Assembly (NCBI GenBank): GCA_943356495.1
Contig: CALRFF010000001.1
Location: 24,957 to 88,956 of the forward strand
DNA length: 64,000 nucleotides
Direction of reading: 5' to 3'
Source: Candidatus Nomurabacteria bacterium
GTDB taxonomy: Bacteria > Patescibacteriota > Minisyncoccia > Phycocordibacterales > SBAW01
Part shown: positions 55,999 through 64,000 of the stretch, in pieces
Numbering within the stretch: the first letter of the stretch is position 1
How the letters are laid out: each line of letters begins with the position of its first letter
Translations under genes and position numbers: made by a program
The notes under the pieces: generated by a model
What the model was told of the DNA's origin: nothing
What the model saw: only the letters and a program-made list of their open reading frames with translations
Databases searched by the model: none

Positions 55999-57046
55999 AC
56001 TTTACCAAGGTAAACTTGTTGTCTTTGCCGCGTTTAAAGTATTTTTGATTCTGCAAGTTGACCACAATAGTGCCCGGCTTTACATGGCGCTCTTTAAGCA
56101 CCTTTTCGATAATTTGGTCTTTGGTCATAGGGCCGCCGTTGCGCAACACCTCGCGCACCACGTCGCGTACGACGCCTTGGGTATAGCCCCACTCGCATAG
56201 CGCGTACATACCGCGGCCCACCAACACAAAACGCGGGTCTTTAATAAGTTCGTTGTGGGTGGTGGCCACGTGCGCCTTGCGGTCGAACATCTTTTCAATC
56301 ATGCTTGCCACCTCGCGGAAGTGCAGCGGAGAACCGTGCTTTTTAACCGCCAAGTACGCGTAGTCGCGTACCCCTTTGGTCTTTACGTTTTGCGAGCTGG
56401 CCTGGCCCCACTCGCCGAGCGGGTTTTTACCGATGTTTTTAGAAATAGAGAGCCAGCGCTTAAGCACCTCGCTGTTGCGGTGCTTGTCGTTAATATTTTG
56501 CAGCTCCTTAAGAAAGCGGTCTATCATCTCGCCCTCCGGTATTAGGTCCTCGTCAGAAAGGCCTTCATACAAGCGCTTGAGCGAGTCTTCGACTTTGCCG
56601 GCAAGCTCGTGGTCGACGTACCAGCAGCGGTTAACCTCGTCGTCTTCTTTGCGGTATTTAAACGGGTCGCCGAGCACCAAAAGGAAGTAGATATGGTTCT
56701 GCATCGACTTGTCCTTGGTCATAAAATCGAGTAGGTCGTCCTCGCAGACAATGCCGCCGAGGCCGTCGATAATGCGCTCGAGCTCGCCGAACGCCGGCGT
56801 AACCGAGTCGAAAGCCGGCGACTTTTTAAGCGCGGCAAGGGCATGGTTTTCAATCTGGCGGACACGCTCGCGGGTAATACCGTAGCGCTTGCCGATAGCC
56901 TCCAACGTCACCTTTTCGGTATTAGTGCCAAGGCCAAAACGGGCCTCAAGGACGGCGCGCGAACGCTCCGGGAGCGCCGAGAGAAGGCGCTTAACTATCA
57001 CTTTAGGTTTGAACCCGGTTTTATCGGCAACAGCCGCCTTGGTCAT
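55997..57046 (-). CDS. Sigma-70 region 4 plus HARE/RpoE-delta-like winged-HTH protein
   Basis: RFGL....TLEAIG..YGITRERVRQIE; PLHF.E, T.HNELI.D.RFVLVGRG.YAL.EWG. Confidence 0.85.
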   Translation of the reverse strand: MTKAAVADKTGFKPKVIVKRLLSALPERSRAVLEARFGLGTNTEKVTLEAIGKRYGITRERVRQIENHALAALKKSPAFDSVTPAFGELERIIDGLGGIVCEDDLLDFMTKDKSMQNHIYFLLVLGDPFKYRKEDDEVNRCWYVDHELAGKVEDSLKRLYEGLSDEDLIPEGEMIDRFLKELQNINDKHRNSEVLKRWLSISKNIGKNPLGEWGQASSQNVKTKGVRDYAYLAVKKHGSPLHFREVASMIEKMFDRKAHVATTHNELIKDPRFVLVGRGMYALCEWGYTQGVVRDVVREVLRNGGPMTKDQIIEKVLKERHVKPGTIVVNLQNQKYFKRGKDNKFTLVK

Positions 57047-57092
57047 AGGTATACGTTGTATCACAGGGTTGCCCAGTGAGTCAAATGTGTGG

Positions 57093-59915
57093 TCAAGCAC
57101 TCTTGACAGACAAACTTAAAATCTTGCCCGGTACATACACCACCTTAGTTATGTCTGCGCCGGAAAGCCACTTAGCCACCACTGCATTGGCCTGCGCGGC
57201 AGCAACCGCCTCCTCTTGCGAAGCGGTGGGGGCAAGCTCAACCGTGCCGCGTAATTTGCCGTTAACCTGTACGCCCAAGGACAGCACCGCCGCCGTAAGT
57301 TTGGTCGCGTCGTAGGTGGGCCACTGCTCCCAATCGGTTGTTACAAAGCCCGCGCGTTCGGCAAGCTCATGGGCAAGGTGCGGCGCAAAGGGGTTAAGTA
57401 TCTGCAAAAATTGCATCCACTGCGCCTTGCCTATCGTCTTTTCTTTTTCTACGGCATTAAGCAGTATCATCATCTGGCTTACTGCGGTATTAAACTTAAA
57501 CGCCTCGATATCATCGCCCACCTTTTTAACCGTCTGCGCAACAATAGTATCAAGTGCCGGCACTGCGGACTCTTGTACCGCGTCTTGGAGCTTCCACACA
57601 CGCTCGACAAAGCGCGACACGCCGTTTATCGAAGCGGGGTTCCATGCGGTCGTATTTTCAAACGGACCCATAAACATTTCGTATAAACGGAAGGTGTCCG
57701 CCCCCACCTGTGCCACCACGGTTTGGGGGTTAATAACGTTGCCGTAACGCTTACTCATTTTGCGGCCGTCCTCGGCCAAGATAAACCCCAAAAACTCCAA
57801 CCGGGCAAAAGGCTCGGTGGTGCTTACCGCCCCGATATCGTAGAGAAATTTGTGCCAAAAGCGGGCATAGATTAAGTGCCGCACCGCGTGGTCGCCGCCC
57901 ACATATACATCAACCGGCGCCCAATACTTTTCTTTCTTCGGATCCACCAACGCAGTGTCGTTATGCGGGTCCATAAAACGCAGATAATACCAGCTACTCC
58001 CCGCCCACTGCGGCATGGTGTTTGTCTCGCGCTTGGCGGGGCCGCCGCAGGTAGGGCAGGTCGTGTTAACCCACTCCTGTATATTCGCCAAAGGCGACTC
58101 GCCCGTGCCCGAGGGCTCATAAGAGGTAACTTCCGGCAACAGCACGGGCAAATCCTTTTCGGGCACGGCAACGGCGCCGTCTGTAGGACAATGGATAATC
58201 GGGATAGGCTCGCCCCAGTAGCGCTGGCGGCTAAACACCCAGTCTTTTAGTTTGTAGGTAGTGGTCATCTTGCCGCCGACAAACTCGGTTATTTTTTTCT
58301 TGGCTTCCTCGCTCTCCAAGCGGTCAAATTGCCCTGAATTAGCAAGCGTCCCGTTGCCGGTATAGATGCTCTGCGTGCCCAAGAGCCAACGCAGACCATG
58401 CTGATGCGTATCGGGAGTCAAGAATTTTTTAAGCTCTTCAGCCGTGAGCCAAAGCATCTCATGTATAGATTCTTCTTCGGCCGCGACCGGCTTACGCGCA
58501 TCGCTCCGGAGCTCGAAATACACAACATGCGCATGGGCATTACGGTTAGTTTTTTTTGGCACGTGATAAAACTTGCCGTGGACAATGCCGAAGTCCTTTA
58601 TAAACTCCGCATCGGTATAGCCAACCTCTTCCTCAAGCTCTGCGCGTGCCGCGATTTCGGGAGTTTGCCCTTTTTCTATGCCGCCGGTTATAAAAGTCCC
58701 CCACGCCACTTTTTTCCACTTAAGCGCAATATATTTGTCTTCGGCCCAATGCTTTACTATCGCAATTATCGCCTCGCGATGGTCAAAAGGCTCCCCTTTT
58801 TTTATCTTTCCGGGTTCAGTGGTTTGTTCGTAGGTAGGCTCGATGACCTGTCTGATAGGTAATTTAAATTTATTTGCAAACTCGTAGTCGCGCTCGTCGT
58901 GCGCGGGCACAGCCATAATTGCGCCGGTGCCGTAGCCCCACAACACATAGTCGGCGACAAACACCGGAATTTCTTCTTTCGTCGCGGGATTGATGGCTTT
59001 GACGCCTTTAAGCTCGACGCCGGTCTTTTCTTTAGCCGCCCCACGCTCTATCTCGGTTTTGCTTTGCGCTTTCGCTACATATTTTTTAACCTCGGCATTG
59101 CCAAATTCTTCAACCAGCGGATGTTCGGGGGCCAACACGATATATGTGGCTCCAAACAGCGTATCCGGTCGCGTCGTAAACACTTCTATTTGTGATTTGT
59201 TATTTGTTATTTGAAATTTCAGAAGGGCACCTTCCGAGCGGCCTATCCAGTTGCGCTGAGCTTCCTTTATATACTCGGGCCATTGCAGGCCCCCCAAGTC
59301 TTCCAACATACGGTCGGCATAGGCTGTAATTTTAAGCACCCACTGCGGCAGGCGCTTTTTTTCTACCTTGGTACCGCAACGCTCGCACACGTCGCCGTCC
59401 AAGTCCTCGTTAGCAAGCCCCGTCATGCACGAGGGACACCAATTGATAGGCTCACTGCTCTGGTAGGCCAAACCCTTTTTAAACATCTGCAAAAAAATCC
59501 ATTGCGTCCACTTGTAGTACGCCGGGTCGGTGGTATTAATCTCACGCGACCAGTCGTAGTCAAAGCCGATGTCGGCAAGCTGCTGCTTAAAGTTGGCGAT
59601 ATTTTGCTCGACCGCTACGCGGGGGTGGATTTTGTTTTTGATGGCATAATTTTCGGCGGGTAGGCCAAAGGCGTCCCACCCCATGGGGTGCAGCACGTTG
59701 TGTCCGCGCATGCGCATATGGCGGCTGTAGATATCGGTCGCTATGTAGCCCTTAGGGTGCCCTACATGGAGCCCCTCGCCCGAAGGGTACGGAAACATAT
59801 CGAGCACGTAGGTTTTAGGTTTGGCAGAGTCGTCGGTAGCGGCAAAAGCTTTGGACTCTTTCCACTTTTCCTGCCATTTTTTTTCTATACTCCGATGATC
59901 GTACTGGTCGGCCAT
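57093..59915 (-). CDS. leuS: Leucyl-tRNA synthetase with an inserted Nudix-like domain
   Basis: MFPYPSG.GLHVGH, FTTRPDT, GTGAIM.VPAHD, SRQRYWG.PIP, KMSKR. Confidence 0.98.
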   Translation of the reverse strand: MADQYDHRSIEKKWQEKWKESKAFAATDDSAKPKTYVLDMFPYPSGEGLHVGHPKGYIATDIYSRHMRMRGHNVLHPMGWDAFGLPAENYAIKNKIHPRVAVEQNIANFKQQLADIGFDYDWSREINTTDPAYYKWTQWIFLQMFKKGLAYQSSEPINWCPSCMTGLANEDLDGDVCERCGTKVEKKRLPQWVLKITAYADRMLEDLGGLQWPEYIKEAQRNWIGRSEGALLKFQITNNKSQIEVFTTRPDTLFGATYIVLAPEHPLVEEFGNAEVKKYVAKAQSKTEIERGAAKEKTGVELKGVKAINPATKEEIPVFVADYVLWGYGTGAIMAVPAHDERDYEFANKFKLPIRQVIEPTYEQTTEPGKIKKGEPFDHREAIIAIVKHWAEDKYIALKWKKVAWGTFITGGIEKGQTPEIAARAELEEEVGYTDAEFIKDFGIVHGKFYHVPKKTNRNAHAHVVYFELRSDARKPVAAEEESIHEMLWLTAEELKKFLTPDTHQHGLRWLLGTQSIYTGNGTLANSGQFDRLESEEAKKKITEFVGGKMTTTYKLKDWVFSRQRYWGEPIPIIHCPTDGAVAVPEKDLPVLLPEVTSYEPSGTGESPLANIQEWVNTTCPTCGGPAKRETNTMPQWAGSSWYYLRFMDPHNDTALVDPKKEKYWAPVDVYVGGDHAVRHLIYARFWHKFLYDIGAVSTTEPFARLEFLGFILAEDGRKMSKRYGNVINPQTVVAQVGADTFRLYEMFMGPFENTTAWNPASINGVSRFVERVWKLQDAVQESAVPALDTIVAQTVKKVGDDIEAFKFNTAVSQMMILLNAVEKEKTIGKAQWMQFLQILNPFAPHLAHELAERAGFVTTDWEQWPTYDATKLTAAVLSLGVQVNGKLRGTVELAPTASQEEAVAAAQANAVVAKWLSGADITKVVYVPGKILSLSVKSA
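59188..59215. repeat. Heptamer tandem repeat (ATTTGTN-like x4) within leuS
   Basis: ATTTGTG ATTTGTT ATTTGTT ATTTGAA. Confidence 0.7.
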
Positions 59916-59932
59916 TGCGCTTTAAAATAACA

Positions 59933-59987
59933 CAAAAATCCCCGCCCCGCCTGCCGACGGGCAGGTTGGTTAGAGCGGGGATTTTTG
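59933..59987. terminator. Terminator with a palindromic element in its loop
   Basis: CAAAAATCCCCGC...GCGGGGATTTTTG enclosing CCGCCTGCCGACGGGCAGG. Confidence 0.7.
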
Positions 59988-59994
59988 TGTTCGA

Positions 59995-60939
59995 TTATTT
60001 AACGCCTTTTGGGTTCGGAGGGTAGAGCTCGGGGTCGATACTGCGGTCAAAGCAGGTTTCTCCTGCCGCGTGCTCCCATTTGTCGCTGACGCCACCGTAC
60101 AGTGCCGGCATCGTCACCGGGCGGCCGTACTGGTCGCCTGGGCCTGCGGTGCCGAAGGTTGCGCACAAGCTAAAGTCAAGCGGGCTGTATCGCTTGTAGA
60201 CATACGCCTCCTTGGTTTCGGGGTCAAACGGTATCGTGTAGTACGACAATGAGTCGTTGAGGTCGCTTAGTTGCGCCGGCAAAGACTCCTTTTGCTGCCA
60301 ATAGTAGACAATCTGCGACTGTAAAGACTGCAGGTCGCTGATGCGCTGCTGGTCAAGACGCAGTTGGCGCTGGCTAGCCGGCGAGCCAATGATGACAAAC
60401 CCCGCGGCGATAGTGAGTACGATAAGCAAGCCTACCGCCCACGACACCATGCGCGCGTATTGCGGCTTCTTCTCCCAGTAGCCCCATAGGTCGGCCATAA
60501 AGTGCATAAAGCCGGCACTTGCCACCAGCAGCACTACTAGGACTTTAAGCAAAAAGCGTGCGGAAAGCTCTTCGCCCTGCAGAAAGGTGTTAATAAGCAC
60601 AATAAGGTCAACAACAATAGTTGCCCCCGCGACAAACAGCGTAAGGAACAGGGCCCAGCGGCGTACCCACACTTCGCTGCGCGTCGGGTCCTTTTGTATG
60701 TTGTTGCGGATAATCCGCATCAATATAAGGAGTACCGGCGCAAGCACGATAAGGCTCGCCATTTCGTAGCTGATAGAGCCTTGGTACGGGTCGTAGTAGT
60801 ACTGCAGCGCTTGGTCCTTAAAAACGTAGTTAATGTAGTCGAACAAAAGCCCCACAAACGAAAACGTGCCTACGTATAAAGCGAGCATCGCACCGGCCCA
60901 CAGGAAGAAGTCCTTAGGCGTTGCTTTGGGTTTATCCAT
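59995..60939 (-). CDS. DUF5671-like membrane protein
   Basis: TPKDFFL, five TMs, R..RLD..R..DL..LQ, LP..L..L, DP.T...Y.Y, F.LCA.F. Confidence 0.8.
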   Translation of the reverse strand: MDKPKATPKDFFLWAGAMLALYVGTFSFVGLLFDYINYVFKDQALQYYYDPYQGSISYEMASLIVLAPVLLILMRIIRNNIQKDPTRSEVWVRRWALFLTLFVAGATIVVDLIVLINTFLQGEELSARFLLKVLVVLLVASAGFMHFMADLWGYWEKKPQYARMVSWAVGLLIVLTIAAGFVIIGSPASQRQLRLDQQRISDLQSLQSQIVYYWQQKESLPAQLSDLNDSLSYYTIPFDPETKEAYVYKRYSPLDFSLCATFGTAGPGDQYGRPVTMPALYGGVSDKWEHAAGETCFDRSIDPELYPPNPKGVK

Positions 60940-61879
60940 GCAGAAATTCTATCACATCGCCGTCCTGGACAATATACTCTTTTCCTTCTGTCCTAATCTG
61001 GCCTTTTTCGCGAGCTGCAGCGCGGGAACCGGCGGTTATAAGCGTCTGCCAATTGATAACCTCGGCGCGGATAAATTTGTCTTTAAAGTCGGTGTGTATA
61101 GCCGCGCCGGCCTCGGGGGCAGTAGAGCCTTTTGTAATAGTCCACGCGCGCGTCTCGTCCTTGCCGGTTGTAAAGTAGCTCATAAGGCCAAGTAGGTCGT
61201 AGCCGGCACGGATAAGATTATTAACCCCGTCGTCAAACACGCCGTACTCTTGGCGGAACTGCTGTTTGTCGTCTTGGTGCAAGTCTTTAAGCTCGCCCTC
61301 GACATGTGCATCTACCACTACATATTGAGCGCCCGTCTTTTCAAAAAATTCCATTAGGCGGTCCCAGCGGCCGTCGGCCATCTCGTCCAAGTTGTGGCCG
61401 CCGGCTTCTTTATTAAGCACATACAGCATGGGCTTGTTGGCCAGCTGGCGTGTTTTGTCTTTGGTTTCGATGTCGGAGAGCGCGAGCTCGGTGTTAATAA
61501 GCTCGATGTCGGCAAGCGGGTCTATCTGCTCTTGGGTGCTCACGACGTTAGGATTGTCAAAAATACGCACCACGTGGGCGATAGCGTCTACCTCGCGGAT
61601 ATGGGAAAGGAACTGGTTGCCCAAGCCCTCCCCTTCGGCTGCGCCCTTGACCAACCCGGCGATGTCCACAAACTCTATAGCCGCGGGGATATCTTTTTCA
61701 GACTCGCTAAACTGCGCCAGCTTCTCGCGACGCTCGTCGGGCACGGCCACGACCCCGACCGAGGGGTCGATGGTCGCAAACGGATAATTAGCGACAAGCA
61801 CCGACTTTTTGGTCAGTGCATTAAAAAGAGTGGACTTACCGACGTTCGGAAGCCCTACGATACCTATAGATAAACCCAT
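60932..61879 (-). CDS. ychF: YchF/Obg-family NTPase, shortened
   Basis: GLPNVGKST, NYPFATI, DIAG, TGS domain AGAAIHTDF...EGKEY.V.DGD. Confidence 0.96.
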   Translation of the reverse strand: MGLSIGIVGLPNVGKSTLFNALTKKSVLVANYPFATIDPSVGVVAVPDERREKLAQFSESEKDIPAAIEFVDIAGLVKGAAEGEGLGNQFLSHIREVDAIAHVVRIFDNPNVVSTQEQIDPLADIELINTELALSDIETKDKTRQLANKPMLYVLNKEAGGHNLDEMADGRWDRLMEFFEKTGAQYVVVDAHVEGELKDLHQDDKQQFRQEYGVFDDGVNNLIRAGYDLLGLMSYFTTGKDETRAWTITKGSTAPEAGAAIHTDFKDKFIRAEVINWQTLITAGSRAAAREKGQIRTEGKEYIVQDGDVIEFLHG

Positions 61880-61895
61880 ACGAAAGGACTATACA

Positions 61896-62489
61896 CTACT
61901 CACCCAATGTTCCCAAACGGATTACTTTACGGCGCCATTCGTTTAACTTCCACTCCGGCGCAGTTTCGGACGGGCCGAACAAAGATGCGCGTACTTTAAA
62001 TCCGGCAAACCACAGTATCCCCCGCCGTATTTCGTTGGTGTAGTCGCCGAAAAATCCCCATATCGCCCACGGATGCGTACCAGAAAGGTTTATGACACGC
62101 GCGGTTTTGCCTTTTAATAACTTATGCCACCCGCCGATGTTGCGCCCAAACCAGTCTTTGCGCATCCGAAACGCGACCCCCGGCAACCACGCACGGTCAA
62201 ACAACCCCTTAAGCAAAGCGGGCATGGTGCACCACCAGTTGGGGTACAGCACGACCAAGTGGTCGCACCATGTGACCGCTTCTTGAAATGCTTTAATGTC
62301 CGGTTCGCACTCTTGGATAACTTTGTAGCCTTTGTGCAAAATCGGGTCAAAGCGCATGTCGGCCAAGTTAAAACGCTTTACTTCGTGGCCAGCCTTGCGT
62401 GCAGCGGTTTCATAGAGCAGCGCCATATTGCCGGTGCGCGTAGGGCCCGTGTCGGGGTGCCCAAGCAGTACAACTATTTTTTTTGGCAT
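61896..62489 (-). CDS. Flavodoxin-fold NAD(P)H:quinone oxidoreductase
   Basis: GHP, P.WW...PALLKG.FDR, LKGK. Confidence 0.9.
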   Translation of the reverse strand: MPKKIVVLLGHPDTGPTRTGNMALLYETAARKAGHEVKRFNLADMRFDPILHKGYKVIQECEPDIKAFQEAVTWCDHLVVLYPNWWCTMPALLKGLFDRAWLPGVAFRMRKDWFGRNIGGWHKLLKGKTARVINLSGTHPWAIWGFFGDYTNEIRRGILWFAGFKVRASLFGPSETAPEWKLNEWRRKVIRLGTLGE

Positions 62490-62514
62490 GTGGTCGGAGA
62501 AAAAACGCATAAGT

Positions 62515-63444
62515 TTAGAACGAGGGTTGCACCACCGGCGCGCGGTTGTGCAGATGCAAGTCTTCGTGCCGCTGTGGCATAATCCGCAACCCGGGCAAAT
62601 GATTGTAGTCCGGCACATATACCGGCTCTTGCGGTGCCACTACGGTATGCGGTGCCGTGAGCTCTAGATGCTCGACCACCGGCAGGTTGGCGGGGTTAAG
62701 CGGGGCAAGTGGTGGCGCTACGGAGACTATCGGTTTAGGTGGAGGCGGGGGTGGCGGTACGGGTTTGGCAACTGGCACAGGAGGTGGTGGCGCTACCGGT
62801 TTTGGCGGAGTGGGAGGAGGTGCCGCCACTACCACCGGTGCGGGTACGGGTTTGATAACCGGCGGCGGCACAACCGGTGCGGGTCTAGCCGCAACTACCG
62901 GTGCCGGTGCAGCCTTAACAACAACCGGTACAACAATTTTAATTGCGGCAGTGTTGGTCCGCTTCATCAACAGTACAAACATCCCCCACCCTAAACCAAA
63001 GACCGCCAACCATGCCGCATAAAACATGCCGAGTATCGCCCATGGCGCTATGGGCGCGGCACTATGTACCATAAACAAAGCAAGCCATGTGGCGCCGGTA
63101 AAACCTTCGAGAGCGGCGTGTCCGCGTATCACATGCTTTTCGAGCAGGTAGGCAACCACAAGAGCCACAATGAGCACCCATTTAAATGCAAATACGGGCA
63201 GCAACAGTAATTCCTGCTGACCGATAATAAAATGAAAGGCGGTTGCACCCGCGCCGGACAGCACCATAAGCGCAAGACCGATAAATTGCGCCGCGCGCAC
63301 CGCGGGGATACTGGCAAACCATTGCGGCCGGTGCTCGTGGAGCGAGATAAGATGCGACACCAACAGCACGACCTCGGCGCCGACGCCGAGTACGACGCCT
63401 AACCATTGCACGCAATATAACAAAAGAGCCGCGAGCTCGAGCAT
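62515..63444 (-). CDS. Multi-TM membrane protein with Pro/Val-rich C-terminal stalk
   Basis: About five TMs followed by a P/V/A/K-rich region. Confidence 0.75.
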   Translation of the reverse strand: MLELAALLLYCVQWLGVVLGVGAEVVLLVSHLISLHEHRPQWFASIPAVRAAQFIGLALMVLSGAGATAFHFIIGQQELLLLPVFAFKWVLIVALVVAYLLEKHVIRGHAALEGFTGATWLALFMVHSAAPIAPWAILGMFYAAWLAVFGLGWGMFVLLMKRTNTAAIKIVVPVVVKAAPAPVVAARPAPVVPPPVIKPVPAPVVVAAPPPTPPKPVAPPPPVPVAKPVPPPPPPPKPIVSVAPPLAPLNPANLPVVEHLELTAPHTVVAPQEPVYVPDYNHLPGLRIMPQRHEDLHLHNRAPVVQPSF

Positions 63445-63460
63445 ATATAAAGTATATAGC

Positions 63461-63499
63461 AAAAAAAATAGCCCCGCGTATTGCGCGGGGCCGTTTTTA
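63461..63499. terminator. Intrinsic terminator
   Basis: AAAAAAAATA-GCCCCGCG-TATTG-CGCGGGGC-CGTTTTT. Confidence 0.75.
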
Positions 63500-63799
63500 T
63501 TACTTTACCGGCATTGCCGTTGCCTCAAGGCGCTGCGGCCACGCAGCGATACGGGCGGCGTCGATTGCGTCGAGGCAATCGGTTAAGTCGGCACGAGCGT
63601 CGTTGGCAAGCGCGGCGACAGCTAACACTTTTGGGTCGACTAGGCTCACGCCTGCGGGCCTCAAAATATCGAGCAGGGTGCCATACGCCCTAGTAAAGGC
63701 GGCTGTTTGTGCAGGACACGGCACTGCGTCTTCTTGTCCATGGGCGGGATGTGCCCACAACAGGATAAAAGTCAGCAATACTAATGCATAAGGCATCAC
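63500..63799 (-). CDS. Orphan secreted small protein (two Cys)
   Basis: SD GAGGGGAGG, signal peptide ending AHG, TACGAT upstream, terminator downstream. Confidence 0.65.
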   Translation of the reverse strand: MMPYALVLLTFILLWAHPAHGQEDAVPCPAQTAAFTRAYGTLLDILRPAGVSLVDPKVLAVAALANDARADLTDCLDAIDAARIAAWPQRLEATAMPVK

Positions 63800-63879
63800 T
63801 TCCTCCCCTCTTTAGCTCATCTGCAAGTATCGTACACTGTTTTCAATACATTAAAAATTCTGTATGATGCTATTTGCAA

Positions 63880-63952
63880 GGGCCCGTAGCTCACTTGGTA
63901 GAGCGCTTCCATGGCATGGAAGAGGTAACCGGTTCGATCCCGGTCGGGTCCA
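63880..63952 (+). tRNA. tRNA-Ala(GGC)
   Basis: G3:U70 identity pair, CTTCC-ATGGCAT-GGAAG arm, GGTTCGATCCC; CCA not encoded. Confidence 0.96.
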
Positions 63953-64000
63953 CCCTTACAAAATCACCGTTGCGCCGTCGTGGCGCACCTCCAGCACGCC

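Noticed and set aside
80-63791. Many long antisense or alternate-frame ORFs (e.g. 7873-8733, 21342-22205, 38910-39947, 43498-44484)
   Set aside because: Shadows of well-supported genes with no recognisable motifs
1-64000. Stop-codon reassignment (code 25, as in Gracilibacteria)
   Set aside because: Core genes are intact under code 11 and TGA terminates murF, scpB and mraY

Overview
Gene-dense, mostly housekeeping chromosomal segment of a Patescibacteria/CPR genome. It looks like Parcubacteria (inferred from short archaeal-type AspRS, truncated AlaRS, an FtsA-like plus baseplate-J-like gene pair, a sigma-r4/HARE-HTH protein and a DUF5671-like protein) and uses genetic code 11. The window holds a split dcw cluster, six aminoacyl-tRNA synthetases, the alpha/S13 and L13-S9 ribosomal operons, grpE-dnaK-(ABC)-dnaJ, dnaB/recR/rmuC, scpAB, a four-gene DNA-repair block and three tRNAs. 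I found no CRISPR array, integrase, transposase or prophage. The notable signals are at small scale: (i) most core genes have a -10 hexamer 6-8 nt before the ATG and no Shine-Dalgarno (SD) sequence, suggesting leaderless mRNAs, while about seven orphan genes sit in self-contained promoter-SD-ORF-terminator cassettes; (ii) palindromic DNA elements are inserted in frame in rsmH, with relatives in intergenic DNA; (iii) a degenerate Nudix domain is inserted in the LeuRS editing domain; (iv) several microproteins are missing from the ORF track; (v) there is a secreted Tyr/Ser-rich prion-like protein; (vi) candidate structured RNAs lie after tRNA-Glu and at about 17 kb. All calls come from reading the sequence and recalling motifs; no database search was run.
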